Positions 52,748 through 62,193 of a stretch of 64,000 nucleotides of DNA are shown one piece after another. The notes beneath the pieces are model-generated. The model saw nothing but the letters and a program-made list of their open reading frames with translations, did not search any database and was not told where the DNA came from. The position numbers and the translations under genes are program-made. Every line of letters starts with the position of its first letter. Position 1 is the stretch's first letter. This DNA is from an uncultured Nitrospiraceae bacterium (GTDB lineage Bacteria > Nitrospirota > Nitrospiria > Nitrospirales > Nitrospiraceae): positions 1,088,001 to 1,152,000 of the forward strand of contig CAWJWJ010000001.1 of assembly GCA_963846575.1 (NCBI GenBank). The letters are read 5' to 3'.

Positions 52748-54885
52748 CTGTACCCCTCCTGGGACGACTCCGTCCGTTTTGATGAGACCCGCGCGGCGTT
52801 CAAGGACTGGTTGCGCCTGTCCGGGCGGCCTGTGGCCATGGGACCGGGCAAAGCAGGGTCCGGCGGGATGCGTCCGGCGTTCTTGTGATCCGAATCCACG
52901 CCCAGCAATTGGGAGAGCAGTCGTTCGAAGCGGAGGGAAGGCGGGCTGGCCCTAATCAACGTGCCAAAGCGGGCGGCCTGTTGCCGGTAGGCCGACGTGC
53001 AAAGCAATTGTTGAGAAGTTCGAGTCAGGGCGTCGGCCGACGTGTCGCCGGCCCGCAGGTAGTCTCCCGCGCCGGACTGTCGGACATAGTCCATCATCAG
53101 ATACTGATCGAGATTGTTGGGGATTCCCAGCACGGGCACTCCGGCCGCGATGGCCTGATACACCGTCGCGCTTCCGCCGTTGCAGATGACCAGGTCTGCC
53201 CGTGCGGCAGCCTCGAGCCCGGGCAGGTAACGTGAGACCCAGGTGTGGTTGGGGAGGGAGGCGGGCGGCCTTCTGCCTGCCGTGGAGACCAGGGCCCCCA
53301 CTCCAATCTCCTGTAACGCCCGCAGCACGAGGGGCAGCAGGTCGGCTCGGCCTGAGGTTCCGAGACTCACATAGGCCATGGGATGAATATGGGGAATCGA
53401 ATCCCACCAGGAAGGCCGCGCATCAGGCGACCAGAGCACCGGGCCCAGATAGGCATGGTGGGCCGGGCGGTTGAACGTGGGCACCAGTTCAGGGAGATCG
53501 GCGTAGAGCGTGACATCGGCCTCCGTAAAGACGTGCGTGAGGCTGTACCCGATTGACGGTAATCCATAGTCTTTGCGGACCCGATTGAGCGCCTGCGCCT
53601 GCTGAGCGAATACGGCCGGTCTCATCAAACTGAACAGCGCCTGCCCGAGCCGTGGGCCGAATCGCTCGGTGATGGCCAGTTCGGGCACGACGAACCGTTG
53701 CCTCGCGTAGGGGCTCCAGTGGGCGTTCGTGACAGTCAGGTAGGGAACCGCCGCGAGCCTGGCGCTGACGGAGAGGGAGATCCGGAAGTCGCCGACGACC
53801 GCGTCGGGACTCAACTCGGTCAGCAATCGCAGATCCTGCTCCACGTAGCGGCGCAACTCGGTGGAGGTGTAGAGCGGGCTTCCCGTCAGCAAGCGCTCTT
53901 GAAACTGGTCGCTCCCGATGGAACGGATCGAGTGGATGGTTGCGGGCAGGCACTCAAAGAGATGGAGGTAGCGCCGGTCGCAGGCCAAATGAACGTCGTA
54001 ACGGGCCGGATCCAGGCCCCTCGCGAGGGCGGCTGCCCTCGCGACGTGGGCCAGGGTCACGGCCTCGGCGATGAAGAGAATCCGCTGTCGGCCGGTGGGC
54101 CGGTGAGCGCCGGACAGCCGAAGCGGCGCAGGAGTCTGCGGGGGAGTCTGACTGTGCCGCCGGCTGTTGACCAGCCCCGGCAGATCGAGCCGCCTGGCTA
54201 AGAGTTTTCTCGAGACCATGCGCGTGATGCGAACCACGTCGTGCACCTGCCGGAAATGGCTCTGCCGGAGATGGCGACTGTAGCTGGTGGAGACCGGTAC
54301 CGCTCGTATCGGGACACCCATCCGGCCGGCTTCGATCAGCAGCTCGCTCTCGAAGGCGAACCCGGAAGTTGCGTCGCAGCGGGATGCGGCGAGGGTGATC
54401 ACGGAGGCCGGATAGAGGCGAAATCCGGACTGGCTGTCCTGAATACGGCAGCCGGCGGCCCAGGAGATCCAAAAATTGGCTGTGCGATTGGCGACATAGC
54501 GGAGCCAGGGGATGGACTGGCGTTGATGCAGCCGCGACCCGGTCAGGATGGCCGCAGGATCTCGCCGGTGCAAGGCCATGAGCGCCGGAATGTCATTCGG
54601 TTCATGTTGCCCGTCGCCGTCGAGGGTGATGACGACGGTGGCGCCCTGATTCAGGGCTGCCTGCATGCCGTCCCAGAGCGCGGCCCCTTTGCCAAGATTG
54701 TAAGAGTGTCGAAGCACCGTCACGGGCAGCTCGCGCAACGCCTGCATCGTTCGATCGCAGGAGCCGTCATCCACGACGATCACGCGGTCGGTCCATTTCA
54801 AGGTCCGGGCCGCCACGGCGTGAATCGTCGCGGCCTCGTTGTAGGCCGGGATGACGGCGATGGACAACGGCCTTGATTCGCTCAT
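52744..54885 (-). CDS. Fused glycosyltransferase: N-terminal GT2 plus C-terminal GT-B (GT1/GT28-like)
   Basis: True start MSESRPL overlaps the fabG stop. GT2 motifs IPAYNE, VVDDGS, LDGDGQH, DSQSGFR. GT-B motifs TLAHV, YVSLGTSG, ICNGGSAT...DQ. Confidence 0.85.
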   Translation of the reverse strand: MSESRPLSIAVIPAYNEAATIHAVAARTLKWTDRVIVVDDGSCDRTMQALRELPVTVLRHSYNLGKGAALWDGMQAALNQGATVVITLDGDGQHEPNDIPALMALHRRDPAAILTGSRLHQRQSIPWLRYVANRTANFWISWAAGCRIQDSQSGFRLYPASVITLAASRCDATSGFAFESELLIEAGRMGVPIRAVPVSTSYSRHLRQSHFRQVHDVVRITRMVSRKLLARRLDLPGLVNSRRHSQTPPQTPAPLRLSGAHRPTGRQRILFIAEAVTLAHVARAAALARGLDPARYDVHLACDRRYLHLFECLPATIHSIRSIGSDQFQERLLTGSPLYTSTELRRYVEQDLRLLTELSPDAVVGDFRISLSVSARLAAVPYLTVTNAHWSPYARQRFVVPELAITERFGPRLGQALFSLMRPAVFAQQAQALNRVRKDYGLPSIGYSLTHVFTEADVTLYADLPELVPTFNRPAHHAYLGPVLWSPDARPSWWDSIPHIHPMAYVSLGTSGRADLLPLVLRALQEIGVGALVSTAGRRPPASLPNHTWVSRYLPGLEAAARADLVICNGGSATVYQAIAAGVPVLGIPNNLDQYLMMDYVRQSGAGDYLRAGDTSADALTRTSQQLLCTSAYRQQAARFGTLIRASPPSLRFERLLSQLLGVDSDHKNAGRIPPDPALPGPMATGRPDRRNQSLNAARVSSKRTESSQEGYR

Positions 54886-55604
54886 GCCTGGGCTCCGTTG
54901 ACGGAGATGATTTGCCCCGAAACGTACGCGGCCGCATCGGAGACCAGATAGGTGACAAGACCGGCGACCTCCTCCACGGTCCCGGCGCGTTTCATCGGCA
55001 CCAGGCGGACGATGGCCTCTGCGTCGAAGACTCGCTCGGTCGCCGGGGAGGAGATGAGGCCGGGGGCCACGGCATTGACCGTAATGTGCCGCGAGGCCAA
55101 CTCGAGCGCGAGGGCTTTCGTGGCTCCGTGCAGTCCGGCCTTGGCAGCCGCGTAATTGACCTGCCCACGGTTGCCGATCACGCCGCTGATCGAGGTGATG
55201 CTGACGATGCGTCCCCAACGGGTGCGGATCATCGGCAGCAATAGCGGCTGGGTGACATTGAAGAAGCCGTTCAAGGACACATCGATTACCCTGCGCCATT
55301 GGTCAGGCGTCATGCCCGCCATGGGTCCGTCGTCATAGATGCCCGCGTTGTTCACCAGCACCTGGATCGGACCGGCCTGGTCCAGTCGTTCAAGCATCTG
55401 CCGGGTTTGCTCAGCGTCCGTGACGTCGAAACAGACGGCTTCAGCTTGCCCGCCCTTGTCGCGAATGGACTGCGCCACCGCTTCTGCCCGGTCCGCATGG
55501 GCATGGCCGTGAACGATCACATCGAAGCCCTGTTCGCCCAGGGCCCGGCAGATGGCCCCGCCGATATCGCCGCTGCCGCCCGTGACCAGCGCGCGCTTTC
55601 TCAT
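54882..55604 (-). CDS. fabG: 3-oxoacyl-ACP reductase (aryl-polyene-cluster type)
   Basis: TGGSGDIG, NNAG, NYAAAK, VNAVAPG. Confidence 0.9.
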   Translation of the reverse strand: MRKRALVTGGSGDIGGAICRALGEQGFDVIVHGHAHADRAEAVAQSIRDKGGQAEAVCFDVTDAEQTRQMLERLDQAGPIQVLVNNAGIYDDGPMAGMTPDQWRRVIDVSLNGFFNVTQPLLLPMIRTRWGRIVSITSISGVIGNRGQVNYAAAKAGLHGATKALALELASRHITVNAVAPGLISSPATERVFDAEAIVRLVPMKRAGTVEEVAGLVTYLVSDAAAYVSGQIISVNGAQA

Positions 55605-56077
55605 AAGGCTCCTTCGGTCGAGACGGAAGGAGCCGGCCGCGCCGGATGGCCGGCGACCATCACGGACAGTTGCCCGCTCATCAGCGTCCGGCCCTCGCCG
55701 CTCACCGTGACGTCGTAGATGCTGCCCTGCCCATGGGTGAACAGAAGGCGGGCGTGGATGGTTAAGACTCCGGCCATTGTGTCCAGATGGGACACCCTCG
55801 CGGTGATGTCGCGCACGGATGTGAGCAGGCCCGGCTCCGGGCCCCGTCCATTCGGGCCACCGAGGAGCGCCGCGTGAGCGGCAATGGCCTGGGCGCCATA
55901 TTCGATGCCGCAGAGCGCGCGCAGGCCGCTGTCGTCCCGCAGAGGGTTGTCAAGGCGGCGATGGCTGCTGGCCAGGCAGACGATGTGATCCTCATCCCAC
56001 CGCTCAATACTCTCGAGCAGACACATGGTTCCTCGATGGGGAATCAGTTGGGAAATGTCAGGGCACAGACTGTCCAT
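55601..56077 (-). CDS. Hotdog-fold 3-hydroxyacyl-ACP dehydratase-like protein
   Basis: LIPHRGTMCLL and IEYGAQAIAAH. Confidence 0.8.
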   Translation of the reverse strand: MDSLCPDISQLIPHRGTMCLLESIERWDEDHIVCLASSHRRLDNPLRDDSGLRALCGIEYGAQAIAAHAALLGGPNGRGPEPGLLTSVRDITARVSHLDTMAGVLTIHARLLFTHGQGSIYDVTVSGEGRTLMSGQLSVMVAGHPARPAPSVSTEGAL

Positions 56078-56080
56078 CGC

Positions 56081-56872
56081 TCACGCTCCTGGTTCGCACG
56101 AGACTATCAAGTCGGTTTCGTCGGTATATTCGAATGCCACGGTCCCCGCCGATCCGCCCGCACACAAGGACAGCAACGGGAGGCAGCGGGCTGCCGGGTT
56201 ACTCCGGAAGTGCGCCAACGCTCCATCGGGACCGGCCGTGATGGTCCGGTGCGGATCGAGGCTGATCCGGCAGCGCATCAAGGCGCCGGCGGAACCCCGT
56301 GGAGCAATCAGCAGAGCAGCGGCAAAACTCTCCTCCACCGGGCGCAGGCTGTGCAGCGGAGCGGGAAACGGGAGGTCCGACGCGATGAGCATCACCGGCT
56401 GCTGCTCGACGGTGGCGTGGGCGGCAGCCTCCAGCAGTCCGGCGGCGAACGACACATCGTGGGCACAGACGCTGGTCGACGCCAGTCGAGAGCGGGTAGC
56501 GATGCTCCAATAACCGGCCGGGGCGTTGTATACGGAGTTGTGAAAGGACGTGGGTGACACCTCTCGGGCCGACCTGGCCAAGGCCTCGCAGATCTCCTGC
56601 GTGATGGCCCCGTCCCCGTCGGACGAAGCGAAGACGGTGGCGATCTCCTCACCACCGAAGCTGCTGGTGAGCAGAGCGTCCTGTGCCGCCATGATCGCGA
56701 GGCGCACCGCCTGACTGCTGCGGCGTCGCTCGGCGGCCGACAATAGATCCGGGATCGAACGGGAAAGCGGGGCGGTTCGATACTCCGCCTGGCCGGCGAG
56801 AATGGGTCGGGCAGCCGCCCATCCCTCCAGCCCTGGCCCGGCGATGCCGACGCTCGTAACGATCACTTGCAT
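56081..56872 (-). CDS. Ketosynthase chain-length factor
   Basis: AERRR and SPTSFHNSVYNAPAGYWSI, with no catalytic Cys motif. Start overlaps the KS stop. Confidence 0.85.
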   Translation of the reverse strand: MQVIVTSVGIAGPGLEGWAAARPILAGQAEYRTAPLSRSIPDLLSAAERRRSSQAVRLAIMAAQDALLTSSFGGEEIATVFASSDGDGAITQEICEALARSAREVSPTSFHNSVYNAPAGYWSIATRSRLASTSVCAHDVSFAAGLLEAAAHATVEQQPVMLIASDLPFPAPLHSLRPVEESFAAALLIAPRGSAGALMRCRISLDPHRTITAGPDGALAHFRSNPAARCLPLLSLCAGGSAGTVAFEYTDETDLIVSCEPGA

Positions 56873-58062
56873 CACAGCGGCCTCCCGAAAATCAGGCTGC
56901 AATTATTGCCGCCGAAGCCGAACGAATTGCTGATGACCCGCCGCAAGAGCCGGAATTCGCTCTCCAGCATGATGCAGCTCTGGAGTTGTGGATCGACGCG
57001 GTCGGCATGCAGCGTGCCCGGAATGAAGCCGTGTCGCAGGCAGAGCGCTGCCAGGATAGCCTCGGTCATGCCCGCCGCGCCGAGGGTATGTCCGGTTCGT
57101 CCCTTGGTGGAACTGCAGGGTGTTCTCCCTCCGAATGTCCGCCAGACGGCGCGGTCCTCGGCGAGATCGTTTGCCGGCGTCCCGGTGCCGTGGAGATTGA
57201 TGTAATCGATATCGATCGGCTTCAGTTCCGCACGGGTTAGTGCCCGTTCCATGGCCAGGGCAGCCCCCAACCCTTCCGGATGGGGCGTGGACATGTGGTG
57301 CGCATCGCTGCTTTCGCCGTATCCCAGCAGCTGAAGTTCCCTGCCGGAATTGTCGGCGGGTTCCAGCAGCATGAAACCCGCCGCTTCCCCGATGGAGAGC
57401 CCGTTTCTGTCGGGGTCACAGGGACGACAGGGGCTGTCGGAAAGCAGGCCCAACGAGGCGAAGCCGTAGAGCGTCATGAAGCACAGACTGTCCACGCCCC
57501 CCACGACGACGGCATCGCAGAGTCCCGCGGCGATCCAGCGCGATGCGCTGGCGAAGACCTTGGCGCTGGACGAGCAGGCAGTGGAAATCGAGGCGACCGG
57601 CCCGCGGAGACGCAAGTGGCGGCGGACGACCTCGCTGACCGAAAACAGGTTCTGGGTCTGGCGATAGCGGACGGTCAGGGGCAGCAGTTCGCCGGAGTGG
57701 CTTCGCCGTCGATAGGCCAATTCGGTTTCAAGGATGCCCGAGGTCGTCGTGCCGATCAGCACGCCGATACGATCCGGCCGATAGCGCTGCCTGGCCAAAT
57801 CGACTGCTTCTTCGAAGCCATCCTGCCGTAAGCCCATCAGGGCCAGCCGGTTATTGCGGCAATCGAAGTCGGCGAGGTCGCCGGTGATCGGCTCGGTCTC
57901 GAGTCCTTCGATCCGCCCGATCCACGTCTTCACGTCCGCATCCTCGAAGTCATTCGGTCGCAACCCGTGTCGATCCTGCCGCAGGGCGTCCCACGTGGCT
58001 GCCAGTCCTCGTCCGAGGGGATTGGCGGTGGCCATGGCCGTGATGCTCAAGGCCTCCATCAT
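56872..58062 (-). CDS. Beta-ketoacyl-ACP synthase
   Basis: STACSSS, HGTGT, GHTLGAAG, SNSFGFGGNN. Confidence 0.92.
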   Translation of the reverse strand: MMEALSITAMATANPLGRGLAATWDALRQDRHGLRPNDFEDADVKTWIGRIEGLETEPITGDLADFDCRNNRLALMGLRQDGFEEAVDLARQRYRPDRIGVLIGTTTSGILETELAYRRRSHSGELLPLTVRYRQTQNLFSVSEVVRRHLRLRGPVASISTACSSSAKVFASASRWIAAGLCDAVVVGGVDSLCFMTLYGFASLGLLSDSPCRPCDPDRNGLSIGEAAGFMLLEPADNSGRELQLLGYGESSDAHHMSTPHPEGLGAALAMERALTRAELKPIDIDYINLHGTGTPANDLAEDRAVWRTFGGRTPCSSTKGRTGHTLGAAGMTEAILAALCLRHGFIPGTLHADRVDPQLQSCIMLESEFRLLRRVISNSFGFGGNNCSLIFGRPL

Positions 58063-60389
58063 GGGTTCACCTGTTGCTTGTGTTGCTTGCCGAGCATGGC
58101 CGCGACGATCAGGGAGAGAGCGGCCCCGAGGCCGACGGTCAGGCCGATCGCATGGAGGACGGGGGTGCGCGAAAAAGCGAGCGCGCCGAATGCCGAGAGG
58201 GTAGCGAGAATGCAGACGGTGAGCGAGAGCCAGGTGCGCCGCAGCTCATCCTCATCGGCGAACGGCCGATTAAAGAACAGGGCGTAATTCAAACCGATGC
58301 CCAACACGAGCAGCAGCGACACCAGATGGAACAGCGACAGCCGTTCCCCGATCAGCGTCAGGATGGTTACGACGAAGAGGCCGGCGATCAAGGGCGGAAG
58401 CAAGATCCGTCCTACCATGGACCAGTTGCGTAAGCCCCACCACAACACGCCCGTAATGGCGAGGACCCCGAGCGCCGTGAGTTGCAAAGACTGCCGTCGA
58501 TAGCCGTTCACCAACCGCCCGGCCTCCCCCTTTAGATCCAGGAACATCACGTCCGGACCGGCCTCACGGCTCACGCGATCCGCCAGGGCCTGGGCCGAGT
58601 CGACACCCCGGAGGGGGATCAATCCGTTCCACGCATTCCCGCTGCCCAGCAGGAGCGCGCGGACCTTGAGTGAGAAGGCGGACTGTTGCAGGCTGGTCAG
58701 GGTCATCAACTCACCGAGACGGGCTTCTTCCACGTCTTCCACGAACGGCTCGAAGAGTCCTGGGCGGAACGGCAGCCCCTTCAGGGACTGGGAAAGCGCA
58801 GGAATCAAGGCGTCGGGAGCGGGTAAGGCGGCCTGGCGCCGGCGCTGCGTCTGCTGCGAGGGCAGATAGAGGCTGGGCAGATCGAAACCGGTCAACAACT
58901 GGTCTTCCACCAGCCGGCGAAGCAGGTGCGCGGCGGATTCACTGCGCTGCAAGACGTCTTCCCGACTCGTTCCATCGATGACCAGCAGATAGCGCACGTC
59001 CGGCGCTCCCAGATCTTTTCGCATCTGCTCGTCGAGAGCCTTGGCGGAGGAGGAGATCGGGCTTAGATTGGCCAGATCGTTGTCCCATACGTGTTCATGC
59101 CGGACGGTCAGGGCCGCGATGGCGAGGCAGACCATGACCCACACGATCCAGCGGAAGCGGCCCAGCGAGGCAACACGCGCGATCCAGGCGAGCGGAAGAA
59201 TCTGATGGGGAGCCGTGCGCATGATCCTGGGAGCCAGGGCCGGGAGGATCCAGCGGGTCACGAGGCCGGCGACCAGAACTCCGACAAATGCCAGCATGCC
59301 CAGTTGCGCCAGGCCGGTGATACTTGAGAGCAGCATGCCGAGGGCGCCGAATACGGTGGTCATCACGGCCAGTCTTAAGGTGGGCCATACTCTCGACAAA
59401 GTCTGCTGCAACGCCTCACCCGCTCTGATCTGCGTCAGGACATAGGCTGGATAATCCACCGCTTCCCCGATCAGCGTGGCGCCGAAGCCGAGCGTGATGC
59501 CATGGACGAAGCCGAAGACCAACTGGACTGCGGCCACTCCCGCGAGCAACCCCGTCAGCACCGGGAACAGGCTCAATAAGATGGGGGGCCACGAGCGATA
59601 GACGCTGACCAGTACTCCGGTGACGATCATGCCGGCGATGAGAGACAGCCGCCACGAATCGCGCTGGATCGTCGACCGGGATTCCACCGCAAACACGCCG
59701 GGTCCGCTTAAGAGCAGCCGGCTGTCCTGGGGGAGGCCGGACGAGGCGAATGCAGCGCGAATTGCCCGCACCGCCGCGTCCTGCCGATCGAGATCGAAGC
59801 CCGGCGCCTGCGTTTCAGCCACCAGTTGAGCCCTGGTGCCATCCTGCGCGAACCAGACTCCATGCAACATGGAGGGTTGGGCGGCAGTGGTGAATTCGGA
59901 CAGAATGTGCGCCACTTCGCCGGTGGGATCTCTCGCCAAGGTTGTTTTCACCAGCGCGCCGGCGGGCGACCCGAGCAGTTGAAGCTGTCGTTCGAGCGCG
60001 GTGCGTAGCGCAGGCGCCGAAAAGTGTTCGGGAGTGACGGCTGAGCTCAGGAGATAACGGTGTTGCATGAGGATGTCCCGTTCCACCGTCAAATCGGCGG
60101 GATCGCCGTTATTGACCGAGGTGAAGAGGGCGGTCTCCCTCAGGCCGCGAGTGACCTTCCGGCTGGCTTCAGCCAGGGCTTCCGGTGAGGCGCCTTCGAG
60201 CCCGATCAGGATCAGCCGGGCGGCCACGCCATCGCGCAGTTGCCCTACCAGGAGTTCCTGAGTGCGGTCCGCTGACCGGGGAAGCAAGGCTGTGAGGTCC
60301 GTCGTGACCCTCATCGTGGCCACCACTCCTCCGCTGACGAAGAGGAGAATCATCCAGAGGAGCACCGCCGTGCGGGCCTGCAGCCTCAC
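58059..60389 (-). CDS. MMPL/RND-like exporter of aryl-polyene-type clusters
   Basis: Two TM bundles, GFGATLIGEAVDY, LGIGLNYALF, LAFSRTPVLHAIG. Confidence 0.85.
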   Translation of the reverse strand: MRLQARTAVLLWMILLFVSGGVVATMRVTTDLTALLPRSADRTQELLVGQLRDGVAARLILIGLEGASPEALAEASRKVTRGLRETALFTSVNNGDPADLTVERDILMQHRYLLSSAVTPEHFSAPALRTALERQLQLLGSPAGALVKTTLARDPTGEVAHILSEFTTAAQPSMLHGVWFAQDGTRAQLVAETQAPGFDLDRQDAAVRAIRAAFASSGLPQDSRLLLSGPGVFAVESRSTIQRDSWRLSLIAGMIVTGVLVSVYRSWPPILLSLFPVLTGLLAGVAAVQLVFGFVHGITLGFGATLIGEAVDYPAYVLTQIRAGEALQQTLSRVWPTLRLAVMTTVFGALGMLLSSITGLAQLGMLAFVGVLVAGLVTRWILPALAPRIMRTAPHQILPLAWIARVASLGRFRWIVWVMVCLAIAALTVRHEHVWDNDLANLSPISSSAKALDEQMRKDLGAPDVRYLLVIDGTSREDVLQRSESAAHLLRRLVEDQLLTGFDLPSLYLPSQQTQRRRQAALPAPDALIPALSQSLKGLPFRPGLFEPFVEDVEEARLGELMTLTSLQQSAFSLKVRALLLGSGNAWNGLIPLRGVDSAQALADRVSREAGPDVMFLDLKGEAGRLVNGYRRQSLQLTALGVLAITGVLWWGLRNWSMVGRILLPPLIAGLFVVTILTLIGERLSLFHLVSLLLVLGIGLNYALFFNRPFADEDELRRTWLSLTVCILATLSAFGALAFSRTPVLHAIGLTVGLGAALSLIVAAMLGKQHKQQVNP

Positions 60390-60985
60390 GACGTCGGCTC
60401 ATGGATCTGCATGAGCGACCGGTCCCCTCCGGTCTCCCGTATGTCGACGGTCGTCACGCGATCGCCGTGGCCGGTGAGTGTGACCGTCGCGAGATACTCC
60501 GCCGCCTGTGCATCCAAGGGGCGTAGCGTAAGTGTCCAATTCTCGAGCGTTCCCTGGAGTTTAATGTGGTACAGGCGCCTCAGGACGGTGGTCTCGCCGG
60601 CAAGGCTGGCCCTGATCGCCTCGATGAACGAACGAATCAACGGGTGACTATCCACGGCGATGTGTTTCGTGCCTTCCGCAGATGAGAGGGTCAGTCGATC
60701 GCCCTGCACGATGAGGTGTTCGGCGTAAGGTGAGGTGACATGTTTTTCGACGCGATTGGGTCGCGCGTAGGCCAGCGTCCCTTTCAGCACCAACGGCTGC
60801 GTCAGAACCCCCACGGTTTTCGTTTCGGTAAAGCGGTCCTCACGAGAAGGCACCTTCGCCATGAGTTCCATGAGTGCCGGTACATCCAGCGGGGCGGTCG
60901 CCGCCTCCTGATCCGCGGCGGCCGAAAGTCCGGACAGCAGACTACAGAGCACTATGAGAGGGACGAGCGTCCTCGATGATGTCAT
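60386..60985 (-). CDS. LolA-like lipid carrier protein
   Basis: Signal peptide from MTSSRT, FTETK...PL...GTLAY.RP, WTLTLRP. Confidence 0.8.
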   Translation of the reverse strand: MTSSRTLVPLIVLCSLLSGLSAAADQEAATAPLDVPALMELMAKVPSREDRFTETKTVGVLTQPLVLKGTLAYARPNRVEKHVTSPYAEHLIVQGDRLTLSSAEGTKHIAVDSHPLIRSFIEAIRASLAGETTVLRRLYHIKLQGTLENWTLTLRPLDAQAAEYLATVTLTGHGDRVTTVDIRETGGDRSLMQIHEPTS

Positions 60986-61856
60986 AAAAGTTGAACCAGT
61001 TGTACGGATACAGGCGACAGTAATGTTCCAACCGACTGACGTAACGCTCAATCCAAGGGCGCAGGGCTTCTGAGCGATGGGCGCGATCCAGATGAATGCT
61101 TTCGGCCAACGGCTCGAAATGGATGTCGTATTGCCGGCCTCCCTGGTACAGACCAAAAAACAGCACGACCGGGACTTGCAGGAGTGCCGCCAGCAGGAAG
61201 GGTCCTTCAGGAAATGTTCTGGGCTTGCCGAGGAAATCGCAGGTCATCCCCTTTTCGTCGCCGAACACGCGGTCGCCAAGAATGCCGACCATTTCACCCC
61301 GGTCCAGTCGCTCCTTCACCGCCAGCATGGTGTCCGGCGTCCCGGGGGGAATGATGCGGTCCCGAATCCCGGGGTGGAGGCTGTGGAGGACGGCATTCAG
61401 ATTAGACGCGGCCGCTTCGTGCATGACTACGGTGATCGGCAACTGTTGATCGAAGAGGCCCTTTGCGCGGAGGACCTCGAAGCTCCCGAGGTGAGAGCCC
61501 AGCAGGATGCAGCCGCGTTTGCGCGCGAGAATGGCCTGCAAGGCCGACGCGCCCTCCATGCGGATATCGAAGTGCCGGTGACGTCCCGAGAGGAGATACA
61601 CCCGGTCATGGATGGTGGAGGCAAAGGCATGGTAGTGCCGGAATACGTCGATCCAGCGAGCGGGCCGCTGGAGAATGCATTGCAGGTAGGCCCGTGAGGT
61701 GCGTTGTGTCCCGCCCGAGAAGAGCAGGAAATAGAGACAAATGGGGTAAAGCAACCCTCGCGCCACGGAGCGGCCCAGCCGGAGCGTCATCCAGGTCAAC
61801 AGCCGGATGAGTCCACGATTGCCCCGTTCGCGTTGGGCGAGCCATCGCGTGCTCAT
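60942..61856 (-). CDS. LpxL-like acyltransferase
   Basis: W...ERG, GSHLGSFEVLR, GILGDR, PYNWFNFYD. Confidence 0.88.
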   Translation of the reverse strand: MSTRWLAQRERGNRGLIRLLTWMTLRLGRSVARGLLYPICLYFLLFSGGTQRTSRAYLQCILQRPARWIDVFRHYHAFASTIHDRVYLLSGRHRHFDIRMEGASALQAILARKRGCILLGSHLGSFEVLRAKGLFDQQLPITVVMHEAAASNLNAVLHSLHPGIRDRIIPPGTPDTMLAVKERLDRGEMVGILGDRVFGDEKGMTCDFLGKPRTFPEGPFLLAALLQVPVVLFFGLYQGGRQYDIHFEPLAESIHLDRAHRSEALRPWIERYVSRLEHYCRLYPYNWFNFYDIIEDARPSHSAL

Positions 61857-62176
61857 GGTCGATCCTGATCGCCGGCAGGGCGTTCCCGAAGAAGCCGACC
61901 CGCGGCGATTCGAACCTCCTTGCGCAGCACAGCAAACGATACTTCATGGGCGGACAGCTGTTCCAGGCGCAGCATGAACGGCTCGCCGGGACGTAGCGGT
62001 CGCAGGAACTTCGCGGAAGACACCGACACGGGGTCCGGGTCCCAGTCGAGCCAGTCGTCCGTCGCCCGTATAAGCTCAGTGAGAATGACGACGCCAGGGA
62101 CGATGGGACGGCCGGGAAAATGCCCGGCTAAGGACGGATGATCCGGGCTGATGGATCGCTGCACCTCGTATCGCAT
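61853..62176 (-). CDS. FabA/FabZ-like dehydratase
   Basis: HPSLAGHFPGRPIVPGV and KFLRPLRP. Confidence 0.85.
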   Translation of the reverse strand: MRYEVQRSISPDHPSLAGHFPGRPIVPGVVILTELIRATDDWLDWDPDPVSVSSAKFLRPLRPGEPFMLRLEQLSAHEVSFAVLRKEVRIAAGRLLRERPAGDQDRP

Positions 62177-62193
62177 GAATGCTCCTTACCCGC

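Noticed and set aside
54886..55299. N-terminal 138 aa of the 851-aa glycosyltransferase ORF
   Set aside because: It overlaps fabG in another frame. The real start is the ATG at 54885 coupled to the fabG stop.
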